DNA of 61,049 nt, counting the filler, from Basidiobolus meristosporus CBS 931.73 (taxonomy: Eukaryota > Fungi > Basidiobolomycota): NCBI GenBank assembly GCA_002104905.1. It is 3 parts of 3 records of this genome, joined end to end, with 100 filler letters (N's around TTAATTAATTAA, not from the genome) between each part and the next. Parts side by side here need not be neighbours in the genome. Positions count along the whole stretch, not along the records: positions 26,122 to 52,259 come from MCFE01000919.1; positions 52,360 to 61,049 come from MCFE01001335.1; 1 more part is not named here. One strand, given 5' to 3'. The notes beneath the pieces were generated by a model. It had not been told where the DNA came from and did not search any database. It worked only from the letters and a program-made list of their open reading frames with translations. Position 1 is the first letter of the stretch; the number at the start of each line of letters is the position of its first letter. Both the position numbers and the translations under genes were made by a program. This document shows positions 40,800 through 52,512 of the stretch, piece by piece.

Positions 40800-42255
40800 A
40801 TGCTGCCAAAAAATAAAGCAAAGTCATCTGGTTCTCAACCTAACCCCACTGCTGACAGCTACCAAAGAACAGTTGAACAACAGCTTGCTTTGATATTCAG
40901 TGCAACAAGCAGGGCTACATCCAAAAGAGACCCTGTGGACAGTGTGCCCATTGAAGGTAATAATGTGGACTCCTCAGACTCTCAGTCAAGTAGGCAATTG
41001 AGAACCTCTGCAGAGCCACAAAATGACTGTTATGCTCAGGCAGATGAGAATGTAGCAAATACAGTACGCTCAGTTGAAGACCAGCAAGTGGCCATCACAA
41101 CATCATGACCACCCATATTAGCAAGTATGTTGTCAGCTCATACCAAAGCATTAATGAAGCAATTAGGTGCAGTGGCTGATAGGATAAATGCAATAGCCCA
41201 GAGAAATCAGGAAATAGTCTAGAAACAGGATGAGCAGATAATATGTGTAGCACAAACAATATCCCAGGTGGAGAATGCAGTATTTTTACTGCAAAGAAGG
41301 AACTCAAGTAGCTCAATGCCACAGCCAAGAATTGAGCCATTTTTCAATCTAACTGCAGAGGAGCACCATACAGTCTTTGAAGCACAACAACAGTTCCCAA
41401 AGATAAGGCTACAAGCGTCAAAGAGACATCAGGTAGCTGGAAGAGAGCCAATTAGGGACAAGCAGGCAGACACAGATACACCAGCACAACATTTATCAAG
41501 GAAAGATCATGGTACCACTCAAGAAGCACTCAGTTAAAGTAGCAGTGAAGGACCTGGCAGTGATAAAGAAAAATGTAAATGGAAAAATGACTATCCAAGC
41601 CTGAGACAGGGTGGCATGCAAAAAAAACTGCAGTTCTTGCCAATTAACACCACAAGCTCTGAGCAGACTGAATTCAAGCATAGTCAAGATGAATTACCAA
41701 CAAGAAAACAGCTGTTTTCACAAGAGTCAGAAGCGCAGCCAGTTGAGCTATACTCTAGCAAGGTTAATGAGCTTGCAGAGAAAAGCAATTTGTCTACCAC
41801 AGCCTCCACATCCTCCATTGTTGATAGAGTGGAGATCCCACTGATAGACAAGGCTACAATGTCAAGAGCTTGAAAGACATCACAATGCCTTCAGTGGAAT
41901 TTGGAACATTAATAAGCACACCATGAGGTTGCAGCACTTCTTCAAGTGCAGTGCTCAAGAAAACATACTGAAATATTGCAAGGATTTATTCAAAGGACTG
42001 GAAGATCAGATGCCAGACCTTGGAGTGCTGGCTGAAGACCAGGACATGTGGAAACCAGTGAACAAACAATGGCATAAAGCCATTGGGTTGCTGCCAAAGT
42101 TGTGGAACCAGAGGATTACAGCAGAAGTCCTTTTTGAGTGGTGGATTTTAATGGAGTTACTTGCTGAGTGTGGGGTTGGGCTCAATGTTAGTGTAGGGTA
42201 TAGAGACTTGAATAGGTCAATATAATTGGCATTTGATCTACAATTGAGGTTTTGA
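40800..42255 (+). pseudogene. Family X ORF2, unknown function, decayed
   Basis: ATG 40800 with S/Q-rich N-terminus and conserved C-terminal domain (AEDQDMWKPVNKQWHKAIGLLPKLW); homologous remnants at 13710, 20380 and 43510-45212. Confidence 0.7.
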
Positions 42256-43018
42256 CAGAAATAAATCAATTTATATGTATGAAGAGTAAGAGAAATGGTT
42301 GAGTCATGAAGTAAGGAGTGTAAAAAAGAGGCAATAGCCAATCAATGCACACAAACATATGAGGTGATAGAGTGTCTGGGGTCAGAGAGTGAGCAAATTG
42401 GCAGGGACCTAATCAAAAGCCACTTATATATTGTGGTGATGAAGAATCTTGACTTAGTTTTTTGTGGAATCTGGGGTGCAATTATTTTTCAACAGTGTCT
42501 GGATGGTGTCCTAATGGGATCAGTACCTCTTAGTCACAGGACTTTAACTTTGTGATGGCCCTTTGGTGGGATCAATATTATAATATCTCATAGCAATGCT
42601 GGTACTCTGCTGGTATTCTAGTAGTGCTCAACTGGCATTCAGCCTGTAGTCTCCTTCATATTCTCTATTACAACTCTTTATGCAAGTAGTAGGTAGCTGA
42701 AAGCTAAAATTAGTATCAATGCTAGTTGTCTTAGTGTTCTCTTGAAAAGAAAATCTGCTTGGCTGCCAAATAGCTAGTACTTGAGATATTGAGAGCTGGA
42801 AGCTCAGAGAAGAGTAGAATTCAGCTGGTATTATGATTGCATTCTGCCAGCCATTTTTTAAATTTTTTGTAGGGAAACTCTGCTACTGATAACCCTCCTT
42901 TTCTATGACCATTCACACATCCTCATCTTAGATATTTACTAACACGTTGCTTTACTAGGCCAGTCCATTACTACTCCCTGCTTTATTCAGGCCCCTCTGA
43001 CAGGAATATTCTCTTCTC

Positions 43019-43497
43019 TGTTGTGTTGTATTATAATTAGTTTGGAGCTTATTGGGCAATGCAAAGGCTGACAAATAGTATACATCAGCTTACAGTATAC
43101 TATTACTGAAATAGTTTATTAAGAGTTTGATATACCAATAAAAGATGGAACTTTCACTAAAACCCTCAAAATTAAGCTCAAAATACACTATTGGTAGTGT
43201 TTCCAACTTCTACAGCAGAGTTCTGACCTTCTGTTGAGTAGTAGGCTGATTTACTGATATAGAAGCTTTTCCTTGTTTGGAAGTTATTTGCCTTTGTGAG
43301 AAAATACATACTGATATAGAAACTCTAGGCTCCCAGTTGACCCTAAGCTGTGGGTGTAGGGATCTCTAAAGGGGTGTCTTTAGAGTAAAAGGACTTTTTT
43401 ATATTGGTCTCTAAAGTAGACTTTACACTAAAGGGGCTTCTAAAGAGGGTGTCTTTAGAGTAAGGGGCTTCTCAGAGGGGACTTTTCCAACAGGATA
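43019..43497 (-). repeat. Truncated copy of the 1.2-1.3 kb LTR family in reverse orientation
   Basis: Starts TGTTGTGTTGTATT, the reverse complement of the ends at 47024 and 50926; contains CTAAAGGGG arrays. Confidence 0.8.
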
Positions 43498-43509
43498 GTA
43501 TACTTATAG

Positions 43510-46500
43510 TCAAAGAATCCTTGCAATTTTGAAGTGCATTTCTTGAGTGCTGCTCTTGAAGTAGTGCTACAACCTCTTGGTGTGCCTATCAATGTTCAAA
43601 AGCTCCACTGAAGGCATTGTGATAGTCTTTCAAGCTCTTGACATTGTAGCCTTGTCTGTCAGTGGGATCTCCACTCTATCATCAATGGAGGATGTGGAGG
43701 CTGTGGTAGACAAATTGCTTTTCTCTGCAAGCTCATTAACCTTGCTAGAGTATAGCTCAACTGGCTGCGCTTCTGACTCTTGTGAAAACAGCTGTTTTCT
43801 TGTTGGTAATTCATCTTGACTATGCTTGAATTCAGTCTGCTCAGAGCTTGTGGTGTTAATTGGCAAGAACTGCAGTTTTTTTTGCATGCCACCCTGTCTC
43901 AGGCTTGGGTAGACATTTTTCCCTTTACTTTTTTCTTTGTCACTGCCAGGTCCTTCACTGCTACTTTGACTGAGTGCTACTTGAGTGGTAGCATGATCTT
44001 TCCTTGATAAATGTTGTGCTAGTTTATCTGTGTCTGTGATAGTCTTTCAAGCTCTTAACATTGTAGCCTTGTCTATCAGTGGGATCTCCACTCTGTCAAC
44101 ATTGGAGCATGTGGATGCTGTGGTTGACAAGTTTCCTTTCTCTGCAAACTCATCTACCTTGCTGGATTGAAGCTAAACTGGCTACACTTCCAACCCTTGG
44201 GAAACAGTTGTCTTGCTGGTAATCATCTTCATTATTACAAGATTTAGCCTGTTCTGCATTGACAACTCAAGTTGTTGAGGGCTGCATCTTTGTTCTCACA
44301 CTTCCCTGTTGCTGGCTTGGGTAGAATATTTCCCTTTACTTTCCCTTTATTACCACCTGATCTCTCACTGCTACTTTGACTGAGTTCTTCTTATATTGTC
44401 CCACATTTTCTCCTTGGTAAATGCTACAATGGTGCATCTGTTTCTGTCTGCTTGTCCCTCACTGGCACTTTCTGTCTACATGATGTTTCTTTGCTGCTTG
44501 CTTCAAGCATTTAGCCATGCTGGTGAGAGGCTACTGAAGAAGCCACTGGTCCTTATCAGTGCCAGTTTTTACACCACTATTTTGATTGAATACTTATTGC
44601 ACTGAACTATATTCTGTGCTTGACAAATACTGCACTGATAAATTGGATTCTGCTGGCTTGTCTCTTATTGGCACTTTTCGGCAAACTGGCATGTCTTTGT
44701 GGGTTGTTTGTAGCTTACAGCCCTGCTTGTCACAAGCTCTTCAGGAAGATGCTGATTTTTAGACATGGTACCCTTGCTCCTCTGCCTTTGGTAGTTGCTG
44801 CTATTCCAAAATAATCTCTTAGCATACCAATACTGGCCAAAATCAGCATGCTTGCTTGAATCCAGGATAATGCTTATGGGACAGGTTAAGAGCATTTGGC
44901 TTGACCTTGAGTTCCTGATGGCCCAATGGTATCATCAAGTGAGGGTACTCTGTTTGCAATATTCTTGTCTGCCTGAGCATTTTGGTCAGCTTGTGGCTCC
45001 ACAGTGATACTCATTTGCCTACTTGACTGAGAGCCTGAGGAGTCCCCACTTTTACATTCAATGCGTACACTGTCAACATTTCCAATTTTGAATATAGATA
45101 TTCTTGCTGCTCTGAATGTCAAAGGAAGCTGTTGTCCAAACATACTTCTGCTGCTGTCAGCAGTGGGGTTTGGTGGGGAACCAGACAATTCTGCTTTATT
45201 ATTTGGCAGCACATATAAGGAAGTGATTCAAGCCAAAGGGGAAAGAGTATTATATACATGTGTATGAGGTGCCACAGACTTATTTATAATGCTAACCACA
45301 GTGGGTCATCATTGAATCTTATACTACTGTAGGTGGAATGGCTCAAATACAAGACTGCCTCAAAACCACAGGAGGATTGATAAAAAATTGATATATTGAT
45401 GAATGTCAAGCTGTTTGCCCTGTGGACAAAACTTCTTTGAGTCAATGCAGAAAATGAAGAGAAAAAAGACCATGTGGCTATTGTAGCAAGCCTGTCAGCC
45501 ATTAAGCATGCAGATGACACAGGAAGTATTACAAGTATCACAGCCAGTGTTTTACCACACAAGTAGTATTTGAGCACTCACTAGTTACTAATGTAATAAC
45601 AATATATTTCCAGCCAATTGAAACTTTCATAATTGTAAGTGCCTACACTAGCCACCTCATGCAAACTGATCCAGGTAAGCTTGTGATGCCTTTGGGCTCA
45701 CCTTAGCCTTTTGAGTATGGCCAGCAGAGTGATAGCTCTGAAGAAGAAGTCTCATTGATGGAATGTGATCCTATATCCCTTCACATCAGTGCCCTGGATG
45801 TGTGGTAATGGAAAGTATTCCATTACTACAATATCTCTAAACCAATATTGCACTCATTTCTTTATTTTGCTTTTTGCTGTTGTAACACACAAGTGAAAGA
45901 TCAAGAATTTCCAACTTTGAAGAACAAATGCTCCAGACCCTGACAAGCAATCCACCCAAGAATATTATGTCATACAGAACACGTAGTAGCCAACACATGT
46001 TTCAAATGACAGCTCATTTGAAGCAGCACTTATGGAGTTATGACCAAAAGAGTCCAATTATTTTATATACTATGCCTTATTGCTAGGATTACTATGGTGA
46101 CTTTGATTGTGTGTAACTTCCAAACCAGGCAAACAAATCATGTGATATTTTTACAGGTGCTGCGCCTATGTCTGATCTGTGCCACTGCAAAATTGTAGCT
46201 TTGTATCACATGTATTGCTTGCGCAATTGCCCAAAAGCTTTGATCCTTCAGTATTTTCATATATATGACTTCCCCAGCTGAAAAATAAAGAGTGAGCCTC
46301 TCTTTCCAGAATCTCCACACTATGATTACAAGTTTAATGGTTATAAGACTTCCCCTGCATCACTTGCACTGTTGAGTAATCTGACTTTGATTGGTACTAC
46401 ATCAGTAAAGAGACCGCAAAGCTCACAAGAATCCAATATAGGTTCTACAAGAAACTACCACTTTTCTGTTAGAAAAGTCCCCTCTAAGAAACCCCCTTAG

Positions 46501-47105
46501 ACACCCCTTTAGTCTAGAGACCCCTTCAGAGACCCCTTTAAGAAACTCCTTTACTCTAAAGAAGCCCCTTTAGGCACCCCTTTAGTGCAAAGTCCACTTT
46601 AGAGACCACTACAAGAAGCCCCTTTACTCTAAAGACACCCCATTAGACACCCCTTTAGGTCTAAAGACCCCTTTAGAGACTTCTACAACACATCCCTTTA
46701 GGTTAAAGGGGAGTTCAGAATTTCCATATTAGGAAATATTTTCTCAGAAAGGAAAGTGACTTCCAAATAAGGAAAAGTTACTATAAAAGTAAATAAGCCC
46801 ATTAGTTGACAGAAGGTCAGAACACTTCTGTAGAAGTGATAAACACTGCCTACAGTATATTTTGAGCCTAACATTGAGGAAATTAGTGAAAGTTATATCT
46901 TCTATTGGTATATCACACTCCCAATAGATTGTTTCAGTATTAGCACACTGGAAGTTGTTGTATATTGCTGATTAGCCTCTGCATTGTAGAACAAGCCCCA
47001 AACTAATCATAATACAACACAACTGATGAGCCCAGCAAAATCACAATGTTCAATGCAACAACACCCATGGAAAAAAATGCCAAGGACACTTAATGGAGCC
47101 AAATC
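43510..47105. mobile_element. Family X copy in reverse orientation (ORF2 on minus to ATG 45212, transposase start on plus from about 45400)
   Basis: MLPNNKAELSGSPPNPTADS matches MLPKNKAKSSGSQPNPTADS; AGACCATGTGGCTATTGT zinc-finger codons at about 45468; interrupted by a solo LTR. Confidence 0.8.
45801..47024 (+). repeat. Solo LTR-like element with 4-bp TSD GATG
   Basis: TGTGGTAATGG...ACAACACAACT; GATG at 45797-45800 and 47025-47028; X transposase sequence rejoins across the TSD. Confidence 0.88.
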
Positions 47106-47819
47106 AGCGCAGTAATCCATTTACTGGTGAGTGATGCAATATTATAGCTTAAGAGGTGGGGTACTTCTACCAATATCAGTAATGGAGGCTCTGTTATGAA
47201 TAGACACAAAGCAGGAGAGTAGGGCTAGGTAAGGCAGGACCAGGAAAGGACTTAGGTGCAGATCAACAAGGCAAGGCATGTTCCCAAGGCAAGGCTGTCT
47301 ATTCAAGATCTGTGTTTATCAGACTGAGGAGTACTCAAAGGGGGATAGGACTATCTATCCTTTTTGGCTATACTGATGCCAAGAGATATTGTCTAATACT
47401 AATGGGGTTGTGGGGTGACGCACAGCAATGGGCCTGGGGATAATGACATAGATGACACAGCACTGAAACCAGATGGGGAAATGGGTTGGGTCACCTGATC
47501 ATGTGACTAAGACATGAGACCTAGTATTTCCAGATATGGTACTGAACTATGAAAAATACAATAGGAAGCTTCCATGGAATATTCCATTGTGTAACAATGG
47601 TTTGGAATGGACAGGAACTTTCTGGAAGGTGGTAGTAGGTTCCAGAAGGAATCGCTCAGAAATTGAGCTAGGGAGCTGAAACTTGGCATGGGTGTTCATG
47701 GTTGTCATGTGATCATGACAGGCTCTGAGCATATACTGCTAGTTCATGCTGAATTTATTCCAGGATGCAATTTATCATGTACTTGGTACAAATGAAAATC
47801 TGTCCTACCGCTGGCAACA

Positions 47820-48632
47820 TATTACCTAGAGATCAACCTGATAACAGCATGTATTAACAGTGGTATGATATTAGCATGAGAAAATGTCACCATTGCAGGG
47901 TGTCCCACTTGTTAGGAATCCACCACCATTGGAGGAAAATATTGCTCACACTCCAGAAATGTTCCAAATAAAGAAGCTTATGCAGTCCAACAGATTGTGT
48001 GAAGCTATAAAGTGCTGTACCCAGTGTCAATCAATCACAAACATTTCCAATATATCTAATGGCAAACATTATAAACAACTAAGAAGCAAGTGCTACTCTG
48101 AACAAATGTATAATCATGCCTTTGCCTTGGCACTTGAGGGATTCTTATTAAATAAGTACTCTACCAGCAAACTCTCCTAACCACTGATTCTCATCAACCT
48201 TTATATGCGGCCAATCTCATAGTATCCAAGCAGATATCTAAGGGTAGCCTCACTGCAATATGAGTCTTCATTTTTTGTCCGACCATGATAATTACCTGTT
48301 TCCATTGCTGGATGAATTTTTTATGTTCTCTGGCATGATAATATCATATGGCCATCTTGTCAAAGTGGATATGATCATGTGCATTTGAGATACCCCAGCC
48401 ATTGACAAGAAAGCTGGCTTTTCTGGGCAGAATGGATGGTATTGCTGTCAAATGTGTGAGATCATGGGTACTTACTCCATAACTCACACACATTTTCATT
48501 GCTCAAGCACCAGTACTAAGAACATCATCTCCCCCCAGAGAGAACATACAGAAGTCAGCACACAATGTAAGCAAAGTTGGCAAGCTATAAGTCATTGGCT
48601 AGAATATGAATTCAATCAGAAACCAGAGATAC
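47820..48632 (+). pseudogene. Family X transposase core fragment
   Basis: GKHYKQLR...YNHAFALALEGFLLNKYSTSK parallels GKRYKQLR and YDHAFALVFDRFSLNKYSTSK at 39367-39821. Confidence 0.75.
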
Positions 48633-48884
48633 CCCTACAAAGAATACTTAGTCACACGGATGGATCCAATCTAGATCAGCCATCAAAATCCCATCAGGAG
48701 ACTGTGATAATACTAGCAGCTTGGAATTAATGACCCATTGCACAATCTTATGAGAGGATCATTATGGTGTTTGGCCAATTTTACAGTCAAATAAAGTTTA
48801 AAACATTATAGTACCTAGTGTTGTAAGAGTATTGGAGATATTGGAAGTAACTGGGAGAACAAGTAGATTACGCGGTTTTCACCT
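48633..48884. mobile_element. Family X terminus (48633-48819) followed by a reversed copia LTR stub (48820-48884)
   Basis: CCCTACAAAGAATA...GGATCCAATC; then TGTTGTAAGAGTATTGGAG, the reverse complement of the copia LTR end. Confidence 0.75.
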
Positions 48885-49193
48885 GATAATAGACTTGTTC
48901 TGTTGGAGAGTGCCACATAGCACCAGCCTGTTTATAGTGCTAGATCAATCTGGCACTCTACGGCACTATCTGGCACTATAATTTCTACCATGATGCCGGT
49001 GGTATGATACAGTTACTGGTAATTTTACTCAATCTTATTTATGTTGCCCAGAATAGTGCTTTACTTGCTTTATTTACTCTTCATAATGCTCCAGACAGAT
49101 TTCTCTCAGTGGATGTCTTCTTGTATGAGCATACTGTGCATTAATAAGTATCTTAACAATTTTACCTATTCTGCTGTTTTCTCCTATATATGA

Positions 49194-51268
49194 CTATCCT
49201 CTGTATTTACCTGCCAATATGCTGAATCTCTTCAGATATCCAAATGTGTGCTCTACCCTCACTCTGAAATGATTAAATATCTCATTGTAGAGCTTCTGCT
49301 TCCTGCTAAGCACACCATTCCTTGGCTTCCTATAAGCTGTAATACATCCTAATCTGTGACAATCCTCTCCTGTATAGGCTAAGTCTGCCATACATTTCTC
49401 CCCTCTACTGAATTCAGGATGATTCTCTACCCAGAGTGATTTGTCATGCCTACTTCCAGCAAATGGCCCACTAAGCTAGATGATGTTACCCTCAATGTCA
49501 GACAGTGCTTGAAACTTCACACAGTGTGCCTTGTACTTGCCAGAATAAAAGTGCCTCTGCCCTCTAGAAGGTCTGTTAATCCTCACTGAGAAGGTATCCA
49601 AAATACTCCTTATATGGAACTGTGGTAATGGGAAGTATTCCATTACTACAGTATCTCTAAACCAATATTGCACTCATTTCTTTATTTTGCTTTTTGCTAT
49701 CACAACACACAAGTGAAAGATCAAGAATTTCCAACTTTGAAGAACAAATGCTCCAGACCCTGACAAGCAATCCACCCAAGAATATTATGTCATACAGAAC
49801 ACGTAGTAGCCAACACATGTTTCAAATTACAGCTCATTTGAAGCAGTACTTAAGGAGTTATGACCAAAGGAGTCCAATTATTATATATACTATGCCTTAT
49901 TGCTAGGATTACTAGGGTAACTTTGATCACGTGTAACTTTTAGACCAGCCAATCAAGTCACGTGATATTTTTACAGGTGCTGCGCCTATGTCCGATCTGT
50001 GCCACTGCAAAGTTTTAGCTTTGTATCATGTGTATTTGTTGCGCAATTGCCCAAAAACTTTGATCCTTCAAAATTTTCATATATATGACTTCCCCAGCTG
50101 AAAAATAAAAGAGAGAGCCTCTCTTTCCAGAATCTCCACACTACAATTACAAGTTTAAAGGTTATAAGACTTCCCCTGCATCACTTGCACTGTTGAGTAT
50201 TCTGACTTTGATTGGTACTGCATCAGTAAAGAGACTACAAAGCTCACAAGAATCCAATATAAGTTCTACAAGAAACTACCACTTTTCTGTTGGAAAAGTC
50301 CCCTCTAAGAAACCCCTTTACTATAAAAACACCCCTTTAGTCACCCCTTTAGTCTAAAGACCCCTTTAGAGACCCCTTTAAGAAACCCCTTTACTCTAAA
50401 GAAGCCCCTTTAGGCACCCCTTTACTCTAAAGAAGCCCCTTTAGGCACCCCTTTACTCTAAAGAAGCCCCTTTAGGCACCCCTTTAGTGTAAAGTCCACA
50501 TTAAAGACCACTACAAGAAGCCCCTTTACTCTAAAGACACCCCTTTAGACACCCCTTTAAGTCTAAAGACCTCTTTAGAGACTTCTACAACCCAACCCTC
50601 TAGGTTAAAGGGGAGTTCAGAATTTCCATATTAGGAAATATTTTCTCAGAAAGGAAAGTGACTTCCAATTAAGGAAAAGTTACTATAAAAGTAAATAAGC
50701 CCTTTAGTTGACAGAAGGTCAGAACACTGCTGTAGAAGTGATAAACACTGCCTACAGTATATTTTGAGCATAACATTGAGGAAATTAGTGAAAGTTATAT
50801 CTTCTATTGGTATATCAAACTCCCAATAAACTATTTCAGTATTAGCCTACTGGAAGTTGTTGTATATTGTTGATTAGCCTCTATATTGTAGAACAAGCCC
50901 CAAACTAATCATAATACAACACAACAGAACATGTTGCTGAGCACTCTGGGATATGCAAGTCTATTGGAGCTTCTGAACCTAGTATTCCAAGCTTGCTCCA
51001 AGTCATTCATACACTCTGCAAGGTGGTTCTCCATTGCTGTCAGCTGGGATTGAAAGCTTCTAGGACTTTTGTTGCCATGGATGGTGGGATGAAACCTTGT
51101 GGGGCAATAGTTCTTGTAATAGCAGAGAAGCTTAACAAGGGATCTCCTTGAGTAGATTGGGGTTGATGGTCCACAGTACTTGGAATAGATCTCCTCTAGT
51201 GTATCAAAAGGAAATCCAGTGGTAGTGATGGGATTGATGAGAAAAGACCATTCAGGTGAGTAATTCAT
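49194..51268 (-). pseudogene. DDE_Tnp_4 (PIF/Harbinger-ISL2EU-like) transposase split by a solo LTR
   Basis: Removing 49621-50926 and one TSD rejoins SNMF|HIRSILDTF in frame; motifs FYSGKYKAH, GSRHD, MADLAY, RVRVEHTFGYLKRF; one internal TAG at 49476; about 254 codons. Termini not identified. Confidence 0.85.
49621..50926 (+). repeat. Solo LTR-like element with 4-bp TSD GAAC
   Basis: TGTGGTAATGG...ACAACACAACA; GAAC at 49617-49620 and 50927-50930; collinear with 45801-47024. Confidence 0.92.
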
Positions 51269-51530
51269 ATTAAGAATGGTGGATGATTGTATGGAGGTGG
51301 TTTGAATCAATTTGGCGCAATCTGCATTATTTATCAGATTTTTAATGCATTATGATTAAATCTCCATCAATTACCATGTATCCCATCATTATGTTACAAA
51401 TATCATCCGCAAACAATGCCTTGGTACTTTTATTGATGCTTTACTCATAAGTCTATAATCAAATAGGAAATCTGTGATAGATGTGACCTGATTGGTGTCA
51501 ACGCAATCCGTGATGCATCATGCATAATAC

Positions 51531-52259
51531 ATGGAAAATTCAACAATCACATCAGTTTTCATATATATTTCATATAAGACCAGGTTGATGCCAATATACT
51601 GCTTGTATAAGTATCCAAATTTGTTGCTATGGTCCCATACCAAGTCTCAACTCATCTTTAGTACAACCAGACAAAACCATCCCCAGCTCACAGCATGGTC
51701 CGACTGGAAAGCTGATGTCAGATCCGTTGAGTTCTTGCCAAATGATTTTAGTATGCCAAGTGTATATGATGAGCCTTCATACAGATATTTGGGCACTATG
51801 ATTAATCTAGCAGAACTAGATACACAGAGAGTCAACAAGATGGAAGAATTTGAGTAGAAAGCTGTGGCATGAGTTCTACATCAAGATGCCAGCCGATGTA
51901 TGTAAGAAGATATATAACAAGACAAGTATTTGAATCAAGAATGAGCTGAGAGTGAGGGGATTTGATGAAGAAGCCGTGCAGGAACATTTTGCGCGCAATT
52001 TGCACAGTACGGCTGGACGCATCCGTTTGTGCCTCTACTTTGGAACCAAAGAGATCTTGAATGAGTTTTTGCCTCTAATGACTAATGTACTGCGTGATAT
52101 ATTAGTAGAGCTAAGTGGCTTCCAAGAGCAATATACACAGGACTCATCCAGGCAACAGCTCCAAAGTATCAGACAGAGGGTAAGTGAACACCTTGAGGAA
52201 TCAGATGGTGAGCTTCAGGAGGAAGAATACAGACCACAAGCAACATTATCCATATTGCA
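51531..52259 (+). pseudogene. ORF divergent from the DDE transposase, possibly its partner protein
   Basis: Two ORF-track pieces join through one frameshift near 51836 and one TGA (possible CGA decay); contains RWKNLSRK; runs into the gap. Confidence 0.4.
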
Positions 52260-52359
52260 NNNNNNNNNNNNNNNNNNNNNNNNNNNNNNNNNNNNNNNNN
52301 NNNTTAATTAATTAANNNNNNNNNNNNNNNNNNNNNNNNNNNNNNNNNNNNNNNNNNNN
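52260..52359. other. Assembly gap with six-frame-stop linker
   Basis: 44 N + TTAATTAATTAA + 44 N, identical in layout to the first gap. Confidence 0.98.
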
Positions 52360-52512
52360 TTGGGTTTAGCTTCTCCCATCGGCTGCAGAATAGCGGTGGC
52401 CTTGTTGAAGTCGTTGGAGTAAAACGCGATAAAGGCGTTTTGAAGCGAAGGGATCAGTCGCTGCTGCTGTGCTGACACGCAAGCGAGAAGCGAAATGAGC
52501 AGCAAAAAGCAT
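52360..52512 (-). CDS. Possible N-terminus of a secreted host protein
   Basis: CpG-rich; frame LLLISLLACVSA|QQQRL looks like a signal peptide, but the ATG is out of frame by one base in a T5 run; truncated by gap. Confidence 0.3.

Larger units (their letters stand above)
37413..42595. mobile_element. Near full-length CACTA/EnSpm-like (CCC-terminated) DNA transposon, family X, ~5.2 kb
   Basis: Left terminus CCCTATGAAAAATAA; degenerate inverted right terminus (TATTATAATATCTCATAGC); transposase on minus and second ORF on plus. Confidence 0.85.

Noticed and set aside
47110-47800. Possible LTR fragment related to 22698-23769
   Set aside because: Only vague compositional similarity; no termini or TSD identified.
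50300-50600. Repeat-spacer-like CCCCTTTAG array as a possible CRISPR or telomere
   Set aside because: Units are 9-31 bp with non-unique spacers, inside an LTR-like element; no cas genes; not CCCTAA or CCCTAAA.
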